From positions 96,001 to 160,000 of the forward strand of contig CAVQUB010000004.1 in the NCBI GenBank assembly GCA_963716725.1: a stretch of DNA of 64,000 nucleotides. The letters are read 5' to 3'. Positions within the stretch are counted from its first letter, which is position 1. Each line of letters opens with the position of its first letter. Shown in pieces: positions 44,777 through 53,781 of this stretch. A model generated the notes under the pieces. That model was not told where the DNA came from. It saw only the letters and a program-made list of their open reading frames with translations, and did no database searches. The translations under genes were made by a program, and so were the position numbers. The DNA is from an uncultured delta proteobacterium (GTDB lineage: Bacteria; Myxococcota_A; Polyangia; Polyangiales; Polyangiaceae).

Positions 44777-46891
44777 ATGTCGGAGCTGTCCGCGCCGAGA
44801 GGACCGCGCCTGGGTCCCTATGTTCTCGGCGAGCGTCTGGGCAGCGGCGGCATGGCGGAGGTCTTCATCGCCAGCCGCGCCGGCCCCCGTGGCTTCAGTA
44901 AGCGCTTTGCCATCAAGCGCATCCTGCCGCAGCTCGCGCGCGACGCGCACTTCGTCGCGATGTTCAGCGACGAGGCGCGCATCTGCGCGGCGCTCTCCCA
45001 TCCCAACATCGTGCAGGTCGTCGACTTCGGTGAGCAAGACGGCGAGCTGTTCATGGCCATGGAGTACGTCGAAGGCGTCTCCTGCGCCAAGCTGCTCCGG
45101 GCCGTCGCGTCGCAGCATACGCGAGTGCCCCTGGGCGCGGCGCTCTACATTGCGCACGAGGTGCTGCGCGCGCTCGCCTACGCTCACTCGGCGCGGGACG
45201 AGCAGGGTCGGCCCTTTGGCATCGTGCACCGCGACGTATCTCCGGGCAACGTCCTGCTCGGGCGCGCGGGCGAGGTCAAGCTGACGGACTTCGGCATCGT
45301 GCGAAGTGAGTTCATCGACCGGCGCACCAACCCCGGCGAGCTGAAGGGCAAGATCGGCTACATGTCCCCCGAGCAAGCGCTCGGCAGCGAGGTCGACGCG
45401 CGCAGCGATCTGTTCACCCTTGCCATCATCTTGGCCGAGCTGGTCATGGCGCGACCGCTCTTCCCGGGGCGGAGCGAGATCGAGATCCTGTCGCGAATCC
45501 ACGACGCCGATCTGAGCGTGCTCGACCGACACGCGGCTGAACTGCCGATCGAGCTGGTCCGGATGTTGCGCCGTGCCCTGGCGCGGGCGCCCGCCGATCG
45601 CTTCGAGTCGGCGGAGGAATTCGCCGAAACTCTGCGGGCGGTGGCCCGCGGCGCGCACCTGCCGCTGTCGGACTCCGAGCTCTGCGTCTTTCTCTTCGAC
45701 CTGGGGCTCATGCCCAAGGGCAGCGGGTTGCGCCCGGCGGTGGGCGCGGCCCGGTCCATTGTCGAGGCGCCGCGACTCCGATCCGTTCCGAGCGATCGTC
45801 CCACCGAGCGTGCCGCGCCGAGTCGACGCGGGCGTTCGGCGCCAAGCGCTCGCCCACCGGCACCGGAGCCCAGGGCAGTCCTCCTACGTTCCGTGCTCAG
45901 CGATCGTCCCACCGAGCCGGGCATCATTCCGGACAGCTCCGCCAGGTTTCGGCTGGAGGTGCCCGAGGGACGCGCGGTCGGGCTGCTCGGCACCACGGAT
46001 CTGATCGAGCTGGTCGTGACGGGGCGCGTGCCCCGCGACGCGCGCGTGGTCGAGCCCGGCCGAGCGCCGCGCCCGATTGGTGAGGTGGCGCAGCTGGGTC
46101 GCCTCACGCGGCAAGAGACCTACGCGTTCGGCCTGCCCCCGTCCGAACACGCAGAGACCATGCCGCTGAAGGCGAGCGCGCTGCCCTCGCTGCTCTACTC
46201 TCTGGCCGCGCGGCGCGCGACCGGTCTGCTGGTGGCTCGGGATCGACGGCGCGAGAAGCGCATCTACTTGCGTGGTGGCGCTCCCGTCTTCGTGGCCAGC
46301 ACCAGTCGCGAAGAATTGCTCGGTCGGCGCTTGGTGGCCCAGGCCCTGATCCGCACGGAGCAGCTGGGCGTCGCGCTGACGGACGTGGCCGAATCCGGCG
46401 GACACTTGGGCGTGACCTTGGTCGATCGCGGCTACCTCCGGCCGGCTGTGCTGGTGCGCGCGCTGCATTCGCAGATCGAAGCGCGGGCCATTGAGCTGGG
46501 CACTTGGACCCGGGGCGAGCTCGCCTTCGACGCGGGCCAGCGCACGGCCCACGAAGCCGTGCCGCCGGCGCGGAGTCCGGCGGTCTGGGTCACGCGTTTG
46601 GTGCGGACGCAGCTGCCTGTTCGCGCCATCGACGAGGCTCTCGCGTCCCTGGGCCCCGTACCGCTGGCGGCGAACCCGTCGGCGCCCTTCGACTTGGACG
46701 CGCTGGGTCTGGATGCCGAGGAGACGTTGGTCCTCGCCGCCGCCATCGGAACCCGGTCCATCGCACATCTGATCGATCGACTCACGCTCACGGGCACGGC
46801 GGCCGAGACCGCGCGACGCGCGGTCTACGTGGGCCTGTGCTCCGGGATCTTGGTGGCCCCCGGTTGGTCGTCGCAGTCGCCGAGGCGCTGA
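44777..46891 (+). CDS. Ser/Thr protein kinase with C-terminal DUF4388-like domain
   Basis: LGSGGMAEV, AIKRI, HRDVSPGN, DFG, GYMSPEQ; C-terminal TGLLV..EKRIYLRGGAPV..ELLGRRLV. Confidence 0.92.
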   Translation: MSELSAPRGPRLGPYVLGERLGSGGMAEVFIASRAGPRGFSKRFAIKRILPQLARDAHFVAMFSDEARICAALSHPNIVQVVDFGEQDGELFMAMEYVEGVSCAKLLRAVASQHTRVPLGAALYIAHEVLRALAYAHSARDEQGRPFGIVHRDVSPGNVLLGRAGEVKLTDFGIVRSEFIDRRTNPGELKGKIGYMSPEQALGSEVDARSDLFTLAIILAELVMARPLFPGRSEIEILSRIHDADLSVLDRHAAELPIELVRMLRRALARAPADRFESAEEFAETLRAVARGAHLPLSDSELCVFLFDLGLMPKGSGLRPAVGAARSIVEAPRLRSVPSDRPTERAAPSRRGRSAPSARPPAPEPRAVLLRSVLSDRPTEPGIIPDSSARFRLEVPEGRAVGLLGTTDLIELVVTGRVPRDARVVEPGRAPRPIGEVAQLGRLTRQETYAFGLPPSEHAETMPLKASALPSLLYSLAARRATGLLVARDRRREKRIYLRGGAPVFVASTSREELLGRRLVAQALIRTEQLGVALTDVAESGGHLGVTLVDRGYLRPAVLVRALHSQIEARAIELGTWTRGELAFDAGQRTAHEAVPPARSPAVWVTRLVRTQLPVRAIDEALASLGPVPLAANPSAPFDLDALGLDAEETLVLAAAIGTRSIAHLIDRLTLTGTAAETARRAVYVGLCSGILVAPGWSSQSPRR

Positions 46892-46895
46892 GCGA

Positions 46896-48143
46896 TCAGC
46901 TGCCGAGGCAGCCGAGCAAGAGATCGACCTTCGCCGAGGCGTCGTTGGTCACGGTGGTGCACGAGTTCGGGCACAGGGTGACCTTGGTCGGGTTCGCCGG
47001 GTTGTCGTAGTAGTAGCCGTTGCCGGTGCAGGCGGCGGCGTTGGGGACTTGCGGGAAGGTGGTCGGCGTTCCGGTGCCGCCGGGCGTGTACTGCACTTGG
47101 ACCTTGGTCCAATCGATGACACCTGCGTCGCTCTGTGCCGGCGTCAAGAGTTCGCAGGCCACGGCCTTCACGATGCTGTTGGCGATGTTGTTGAAAACTG
47201 CCGAGTAGTTCGTGTCGCACACGGGGTGGCGCAGGCCGCCGGTCAAGATGCTGAGGTCCTGGTACTGCGGTCCGGTGTTCACCGCCGAGGAACACTTGGT
47301 GTTGGTCTTGGGCTGAGTCGGCAGGAGCGGGGCGTTCACGCCGACGATCGAGTGGAAGACGTAGCCACGCTTGGCGGCCGTTCCGAAGTAGCCGGCGCCG
47401 GCGCCGCTGAGCAGGAATGCGTCGAACTGAGCCGCGGTCGTCGGGTTGGACTGATCATCAGTGACCTCGATGAAGGCCTTGAACGCGCCCGGTCGCAGGT
47501 TGGCTTTGATTTGGTTGTAGTAGGTGGTGTTCATGAACAGCGAGAGGGAGTCCGAGCTCTCGATGCTGCGGTTCACCTGGAAGAAGGTCGGCGGTTTGTT
47601 CTGCCCGCAGGTGGCGGCGCCCAGCGGCGGCAGCACGCAGACTTGGCGTGCGGCGGTGGAGTAGGCCGAGTTCGCGAACATGATCACGCGGTAGTCGAGC
47701 TTGCTCGCCTGGATGATGTTGGCGAAGTTGCCGTTGACGTTGGCCTTGACCTGCGCGATCTCGGTGGCCATCGAGCAGGACTGATCGATGATCCAGATGA
47801 TGTCCACCGGCGTCGACGTCGCCGACGCAGTCACCGCAGCGCAAGCGTCGTCTTCAGCTGCGTCCGGCGGGTCGTAGGGGAACGAGACGTCGGGGATGCC
47901 AGCGTCGCCTGGGCTGCCCGCGCTGCCCGCGCTGCCTGCTGCGTTGCCCGAGCCGCCAGAGCCTGCGTTGCCCGCTGCGCCCCCGCTCGACGAAGCTCCG
48001 GTACCGCCGGCGCCCGCGCCGCCCGACGCGACGGCGCCGGAACCTCCGGTGCCCGCGATGCCGCTGCTATCGCTGCCGCCGCAGGCGACGAAGAACAAGC
48101 CCGTGATCGAGAGACTGGTCAGGCCAGAGACAATCCAACGCAT
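46896..48143 (-). CDS. vWA-domain lipoprotein
   Basis: Lipobox FVAC, Gly/Ser linker, MIDAS DQSCS, VTDD, C-terminal GYYYDNPANPTKVTLCP..C...LLGC. Confidence 0.82.
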   Translation of the reverse strand: MRWIVSGLTSLSITGLFFVACGGSDSSGIAGTGGSGAVASGGAGAGGTGASSSGGAAGNAGSGGSGNAAGSAGSAGSPGDAGIPDVSFPYDPPDAAEDDACAAVTASATSTPVDIIWIIDQSCSMATEIAQVKANVNGNFANIIQASKLDYRVIMFANSAYSTAARQVCVLPPLGAATCGQNKPPTFFQVNRSIESSDSLSLFMNTTYYNQIKANLRPGAFKAFIEVTDDQSNPTTAAQFDAFLLSGAGAGYFGTAAKRGYVFHSIVGVNAPLLPTQPKTNTKCSSAVNTGPQYQDLSILTGGLRHPVCDTNYSAVFNNIANSIVKAVACELLTPAQSDAGVIDWTKVQVQYTPGGTGTPTTFPQVPNAAACTGNGYYYDNPANPTKVTLCPNSCTTVTNDASAKVDLLLGCLGS

Positions 48144-48207
48144 GTGCCCAGTTTATACGGCTTCGGAACAAAGTCCTTGAGCGCTCTCCGTCCCACACCT
48201 GCCCACA

Positions 48208-49479
48208 TCAGTTGACGTCTTGCAGGCAGCCGAGATCGAGCTGGATGTCCGCCCCGGGCTTCTTGGCGTCGTCACACGCCGTCCCGCACAGGAAGATCTT
48301 GCTCTTATCGGCGCTGAACTGCCAGCCGTTGGCCTGATCGCAGGTCGTCGAGGCGTCCTGGGTGATCGGGTTGCCCCCGACGCTGACCTTCACGTCGTTG
48401 GGGTTGATCTTCTTGCCAGTGGGCGGCTTGGGCACATTGATCTCGCAGGAGAGCACCGTACCGCTGATGTCCTGGAGCGCCTTCTGGAGGTCGGCGGCGA
48501 AATTCGCGCTGGTGGTCATGTCGAAGTGGCAGTCCCCGACGTTGCCCGGGCTCGGGTTGTGGGTGCAGCTGGTGCTCTTCGCGGTGCCTCCCTCCCAGGC
48601 CACCTGCGACAGCAATGCGCGCGCGTCTTCGCTGCCCGGCACGCCGATCACGAAGGTGCGAATGTTGACCGAGTTCGCGGTCTGCACGCAGGGCTTCGAG
48701 TTTGGATCGTTGGGATCGCAGGGGCTGTTGAGCAGCTTTGGAAGCTCCCCGAGGGCGCAGGTCTCGAAGCCGTCGGTCAAGAGCACGACGAACAGATTGC
48801 CCTTCAAGGTGCCGGTCTTGAGCTGCTCGTAGAGGTGCGCGTAGGAGAGGATGGCCGCACCCGTGAGCGGCGTCTTGCCCTTCGGAGAGACCGTGCCCAA
48901 GAAGCCCTTGAGCGCTGTGACCTGCGTCGCGTCGAGGTTCCCGATGGGAACGTCGGGCGTCTGCGTCACGGCGCAGTCGCTCGCGGGCCGAGGGAACACC
49001 ACCAGACCGGCGTTCGTGTTGCCACCGAGCGCGAGGCCGTCGATGGCCTGATCCAGCGCGGTCTTCGTCAAGTTCCACTTGATGGGCTTGCTGGCGTCGG
49101 CGGGTGCGGGAAAGCTCTCGCACTGGGTCGACGACTGAATCGGCGGAAGGTTGCAGTTCATGCTTCCGCTGCGATCGATCACCAGCAGGAGGTTCGCTGG
49201 GACCAAGGTTCCCTTCTCGATCACGGAGGCGCAGGCGTCGCCTTGCGCGCCACCGCTGCCGCCGCTGGAGCCGCCGCCTCCGAAGTTCAGCCCGCCGACG
49301 CCCGAGCCGCCGGAGCCGCCCCCGCCGCCGGATCCCCCGCCGGCGCTGCTGCCGCCGGTGGCCGATCCGCCGCCGCCGGCCGTGCCGCCGCCGCCGTCGT
49401 CGGAGCCGCAGCCCCCAAACGCGAGACCCAGTGCGAGCGGAGCGATGAGCGTGAGGAAGGGGAGGCGACGCAAGTTCAC
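48208..49479 (-). CDS. vWA-domain lipoprotein
   Basis: Lipobox FGGC, Gly linker, DRSGS MIDAS, TP, VLLTDG, C-terminal GW..IFLCGTAC...LGC. Confidence 0.85.
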   Translation of the reverse strand: MNLRRLPFLTLIAPLALGLAFGGCGSDDGGGGTAGGGGSATGGSSAGGGSGGGGGSGGSGVGGLNFGGGGSSGGSGGAQGDACASVIEKGTLVPANLLLVIDRSGSMNCNLPPIQSSTQCESFPAPADASKPIKWNLTKTALDQAIDGLALGGNTNAGLVVFPRPASDCAVTQTPDVPIGNLDATQVTALKGFLGTVSPKGKTPLTGAAILSYAHLYEQLKTGTLKGNLFVVLLTDGFETCALGELPKLLNSPCDPNDPNSKPCVQTANSVNIRTFVIGVPGSEDARALLSQVAWEGGTAKSTSCTHNPSPGNVGDCHFDMTTSANFAADLQKALQDISGTVLSCEINVPKPPTGKKINPNDVKVSVGGNPITQDASTTCDQANGWQFSADKSKIFLCGTACDDAKKPGADIQLDLGCLQDVN

Positions 49480-49516
49480 GGGTGGGCTCCTTGGTGGAAC
49501 GGTTGGCAGGAGGATA

Positions 49517-50695
49517 TCACGAGCAGCGCGCGCGCACCCACGAGAGCGACTGACCCGAGATCAACCACAGCGAGAGGTCGTCCCCGCGGGTGGCGAGGGC
49601 GAACCCGGTGGCATCCGCGACGGCCATGGGGCTGGAGGCCGGCACTCCCGACGGGCCGAGCAGAGTGGCATACACCACCCTACGATCGAGGTGCTGACAG
49701 CTCACCGGGGCGACCCAAGCGACGATGGCACCCTTCGAGAGGGGGCGTACGATCACGCTCTCGGGCGGGGCGGGGGTCCGGAGCTCGTGGCGTCTTCCGT
49801 CCGCGGACAGCACGAAGATGGGGAACTCCTCGCTGCCGCAGGGACGATCCGTGCGTTCGCCCGGGACGACGATGATCGGATCGACGGCGATCGTTGCGTC
49901 GTAGGCGCCATGGGGCGAATCGAAGACGTGCTGCTTTTCGGCGCGCTCGGGGCCGACCGCGAAGAGCGCGACGTGACGGTCACTCGCGAGCGCCCCGAGC
50001 CCGGTGCCGTCCGGCCGGACCCCGGCGATGGCGAGGGGGCGCCACGCTTCGTCGCCGCCGAGCTCGAGGTCGATGCGCTTCCAGGCGCTCGCTCCAGCTT
50101 CGGCTTTGCCGACGTGCCAGCTGCCCCCGGGTGCGGCCGCCCCGCGCACCAGGCTGCTCAGGACGACACACGTGTCGCCCTCGCAGGCGAGATCCGCGAG
50201 CTCGAGTTCGTCGCCCTCTGCCAGGGACTCGGCGCGCCCGCCGCCGCGCCAGAGCAGCGCGCGTCGGAGCCCGGCCGCAGTGGAATCGACCCAGGCGAGC
50301 ACCCAGCCTCGGCTCGAGCGGTCCATGAGGGGCGGCGCATCGAGCTGGCCCCAGGGCGCTTCGCCGACGGTCGCCGTGGCGAACTCGACGAAGCCGGCGC
50401 GATTGTCGTGGGAAAGCGCCAGCGACTCGAGGGCGGAGCGCGGCGCGACGAAGCGGGCGCCGGGGTTGGGCAGCGTTGCGCGCTTGATGTCGCCCTCGAA
50501 ACGGCAGCCCGCCGGCAGTCCGTAGCCCTGTGGCGAAGGCAAGGGGGCCAGGGACGGGTAGGGCACCTTGGCCGGCATTCCGACGTCGAAGCTGGCGGGA
50601 GTGTGCCCCGCGTCGGTGGGCGCCGCCTTCGAAGAGCAGCGTTGGCAGCCCGGCGATGCCGAGGCCAGCAGCGCGAGCGCCCAGTGCCACCTCAA
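49517..50695 (-). CDS. Hypothetical lipoprotein
   Basis: TTG start overlapping the upstream stop; WALALLASASPGC lipobox-like. Confidence 0.6.
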   Translation of the reverse strand: MRWHWALALLASASPGCQRCSSKAAPTDAGHTPASFDVGMPAKVPYPSLAPLPSPQGYGLPAGCRFEGDIKRATLPNPGARFVAPRSALESLALSHDNRAGFVEFATATVGEAPWGQLDAPPLMDRSSRGWVLAWVDSTAAGLRRALLWRGGGRAESLAEGDELELADLACEGDTCVVLSSLVRGAAAPGGSWHVGKAEAGASAWKRIDLELGGDEAWRPLAIAGVRPDGTGLGALASDRHVALFAVGPERAEKQHVFDSPHGAYDATIAVDPIIVVPGERTDRPCGSEEFPIFVLSADGRRHELRTPAPPESVIVRPLSKGAIVAWVAPVSCQHLDRRVVYATLLGPSGVPASSPMAVADATGFALATRGDDLSLWLISGQSLSWVRARCS

Positions 50696-51286
50696 GCGTT
50701 CGATCCCAGGGCGAGGCGCATCACCGGATACTGAGCGAGATCGCTCGCGATGGCGAAACCACGTGATCGATACAGCTCGAAGGGCCCTGTCCAGAACTGC
50801 TCGGCGGCCACGTCCTGGGCGCGTCGCGGGAAGGCCTCGATGCTGGTGGCTCTGCAGAACGCGCGCTGACGATCCCGCGGTCGAGCAACGCGCCCGCCAC
50901 GCCACGCCGGCGCCAGCTCTCGTCAATCAAGAAGCAGCCGATGACCCACACCCCGCTGCGCTCACCCTTCAGGGAAGGCAGCCCCTTGTAGAGTCGCTGC
51001 TCGAAGAGCTTGGGCAGGGCCATCGCGGGCGCGAGCTTCATCCATCCGACGACGACGCCTTCGGCATCCAGGGCCACGATGCCGTGGGCCTCGGCGCTGC
51101 CTTCGGCGAGCGCGCCCTCGAATTCGGCGCGGCTGTCCTGCGGCCGATTCGCGCAGCGATCGAGCCAGGCGTCTTCGTCCCTGCGAAGTGCCACCAGCGA
51201 CAGAAGCACGGCGACCCCGTGCGTTCGAAGAGCGCGACGAGGCCGGCAGCGTGGCTGCCATCCGCGGGCGCGGTGACGACGCTCAT
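50692..51286 (-). CDS. GNAT-family acetyltransferase (two apparent frameshifts, ~51178 and ~50850)
   Basis: CFCRWWHF, VVGWMKLAP, VIGCFLIDESWRRRGVA, IEAFP...WTGP...GF...YPVMR across three frames. Confidence 0.72.
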
Positions 51287-52743
51287 GCCGGCGGCCTCGC
51301 GCCACGAAAGGGGCTGGAGCGCTCGCAGGCCGCCGCCACGGACAGCAGGCGCTCTTCGCCGAAGGCCGGCGCGATCAACTGCAGGCCGATGGGCAGCCGC
51401 GACGACGTGAGTCCCACCGGCAGCGACAGCGCAGCGACGCCCGCCAGGCTCGCGGGCAGCGTGTACACGTCGGCGAGGTACATGGAGAGTGGATCTTCGA
51501 CCCGCTCGCCGAGGGCGAATGCAGGCGTCGGGGTGGTCGGCGTCGCGATCACGTCGACCTGAGCGAAGGCCTGATCGAAGTCGCGCCGGATCAGCGCGCG
51601 CACGCGCTGGGCCTGCCCGTAGTAGGCGTCGTGGTAGCCGGCCGACAGCACGTAGGTGCCCAGCAGGATGCGCCGCTTGACCTCGGGGCCGAAGCCGGCC
51701 GATCGGCTCGCCTCGATCATCTCGTCCAAGGCGCTTCCGGGCGGCTCCTCCCGCAGCCCAAAGCGCACGCCGTCGAAGCGCGCCAGGTTGCTCGAAGCCT
51801 CGGCAGTAGCGAGCACGTAATAGGTGGCGACGCCGTGGTGCGTGTGCGGCATGCGGATCGGCACGACCTCGAGCCCGTCGCCTTCGAGGCGCGCGATGGC
51901 CGCCCGGACCGCGGCGGCGATTTCGGGCTCGAGCCCGTCGCCGAAATAGTCCTCGGGCAGACCCACCCTCAGACCGCGGGGATCGCGCTCGCAGGCGGCC
52001 TCGTAGTCCGGCACGGCGTCGGTCGCGGAGGTCGAGTCTCGGGGATCGTGGCCGGCGATCACCGACAAGAGCCGCGCAGCACCCCGCACGTCCCGTGCGA
52101 AGGGCCCCACCTGGTCCAAGCTCGAGGCGAAGGCGACCAGGCCCCAGCGCGATACACGCCCGTAGCTGGGCTTGATGCCGACAATGCCCGTCAGCGCCGC
52201 GGGTTGACGGATGGAGCCGCCGGTGTCGCTGCCGAGCGCAGCGCTGACCATGCCGGCCGCCACCGCGACCGCGCTGCCCCCGCTCGAACCGCCCGGGATC
52301 GTGCGCTGGTCCCAGGGGTTCTTCACGGGACCGAAGGCGCTGTTTTCGTTGGATGAGCCCATGGCGAACTCGTCCATGTTGGTCTTGCCGACGAGCAGGG
52401 CGTCCGCTGCCGCGAGGCGACTCACCACCGTCGCCGCGTAGGGCGAACGCCAGCCAGACAAGATCTTGGACGCGCAGGTGGTGGGCGAGTCCAGGGTGCA
52501 GAGCGCGTCCTTGATGGCGACGGGGACCCCGGCGAGGGGACCGAGCGCCTCACCGCGGCGTCGGCGCTCATCGATGGCGCGAGCTCGCTCGAGGGTGGGT
52601 TCTTCAGCGACATGGAGAAATGCATTCAGCGCGCGACTCGCCGCGATCTGGACGAAGCTCTCTTGCGCGACGGCCTCCGCGGTGACCGCGCCGTCTTGTA
52701 CCTCGCGAGCGAGCTCTGCGATGGACATCGACAGCAGGCTCAT
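51283..52743 (-). CDS. gatA: Asp/Glu-tRNA amidotransferase subunit A
   Basis: GVPVAIKD, GKTNMDEFAMGSS, PGGSSGGSA, GSDTGGSIRQPA, SSNLARFDG, EVKRRILLG. Confidence 0.96.
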   Translation of the reverse strand: MSLLSMSIAELAREVQDGAVTAEAVAQESFVQIAASRALNAFLHVAEEPTLERARAIDERRRRGEALGPLAGVPVAIKDALCTLDSPTTCASKILSGWRSPYAATVVSRLAAADALLVGKTNMDEFAMGSSNENSAFGPVKNPWDQRTIPGGSSGGSAVAVAAGMVSAALGSDTGGSIRQPAALTGIVGIKPSYGRVSRWGLVAFASSLDQVGPFARDVRGAARLLSVIAGHDPRDSTSATDAVPDYEAACERDPRGLRVGLPEDYFGDGLEPEIAAAVRAAIARLEGDGLEVVPIRMPHTHHGVATYYVLATAEASSNLARFDGVRFGLREEPPGSALDEMIEASRSAGFGPEVKRRILLGTYVLSAGYHDAYYGQAQRVRALIRRDFDQAFAQVDVIATPTTPTPAFALGERVEDPLSMYLADVYTLPASLAGVAALSLPVGLTSSRLPIGLQLIAPAFGEERLLSVAAACERSSPFRGARPPA

Positions 52744-53033
52744 GACTCGTCCACGAAGGCCGGTACGGCGAAGGCTCCGTCCACCGAGCGGGGAGCGGCA
52801 GCGAGCGCTGCCTCCCTCGACAGACCGGGAGTCACGCGGTCGTCGCGCAGCGGCGCCGCATTGGGCCCGATGCTGGGCACCTCCGTGACCGCGCTCGTGT
52901 CGACCTTCCCGAGCTCGGCGACGTAGTCCACGATCCGGCTGAGCTCCGCCGCGAGCTTCGGCAGCTCGTCGTCGGCGAGGCGCAGCCGAGCCAATCGAGC
53001 CAGGCTTTGGAGCTCTTCTCGCGACACGGCCAT
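52740..53033 (-). CDS. gatC: Asp/Glu-tRNA amidotransferase subunit C
   Basis: LARLARL, LRDD, FAVP; overlaps the gatA start. Confidence 0.92.
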   Translation of the reverse strand: MAVSREELQSLARLARLRLADDELPKLAAELSRIVDYVAELGKVDTSAVTEVPSIGPNAAPLRDDRVTPGLSREAALAAAPRSVDGAFAVPAFVDES

Positions 53034-53120
53034 GGGGCGCGGACCGTAAATCAAGCCGTTGAAGCAGGCCAGCGGGCGGTGCGACTCGCCACGGTCCCGA
53101 CGGCTGAGGTAGAAGGGCCC

Positions 53121-53642
53121 ATGAGCGTCGAGCTCGCAATTCGTGAGTCGCAGGGCGGCGGCTGGGGGCCGCCCGGGGGCTACGGGCCACCCGGCTCGCC
53201 CCCAGGAGGCTATGGACCACCGGGGCCAGGTGGGTTCGGTCCGCCCGGCGCGCCACCTGGAGCACCGCCTGGGGCACCCCCTGGAGCACCCGGGGGCTTC
53301 AGCCCGCCCGGACCCAAGCCCATCACGGGCGGCAAACAGACCATGGCCCTGCATGCCATGAGCATCGACCCGACCACGGGCATGCCCAAGGGGGAGAAAG
53401 CCCCGGCGAGCACCGCCGCGGTAGTGGCCCTGGTGTGCGGGCTCCTGCTTTGCTTGGGGCCGCTCACGGGCATCCCTGCGATCATCGCGGGGTTCATCGC
53501 GCGCGGAGCCGCCAAGAAGGACCCAGCGAACGTTGGCGGCGGCGGCCTGGCCATGGCGGGCATCATCCTCGGAGTCTTGAATTTGCTCGGGTGGGTCGCG
53601 TACTTCGTCATCGCCGTGCTGGCCATGCTGCTCGGCGGCTGA
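53121..53642 (+). CDS. DUF4190-like membrane protein with Gly/Pro-rich N-terminus
   Basis: AVVALVCG...IPAIIAGFIA...GGGLAMAGIILG. Confidence 0.78.
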   Translation: MSVELAIRESQGGGWGPPGGYGPPGSPPGGYGPPGPGGFGPPGAPPGAPPGAPPGAPGGFSPPGPKPITGGKQTMALHAMSIDPTTGMPKGEKAPASTAAVVALVCGLLLCLGPLTGIPAIIAGFIARGAAKKDPANVGGGGLAMAGIILGVLNLLGWVAYFVIAVLAMLLGG

Positions 53643-53781
53643 GCAAAATTCGCACAACTCGCGCCACTGCCTCGCCGATGAGCGAAGCGTGCGCGCGCAG
53701 AACCCCCGCTCTCGACGCTCCGCGAGCGGTGGCGTAGGCTCGACTCTGGTGTCCGGCCGCCCCGCGCGGCTGGCTCGACGC

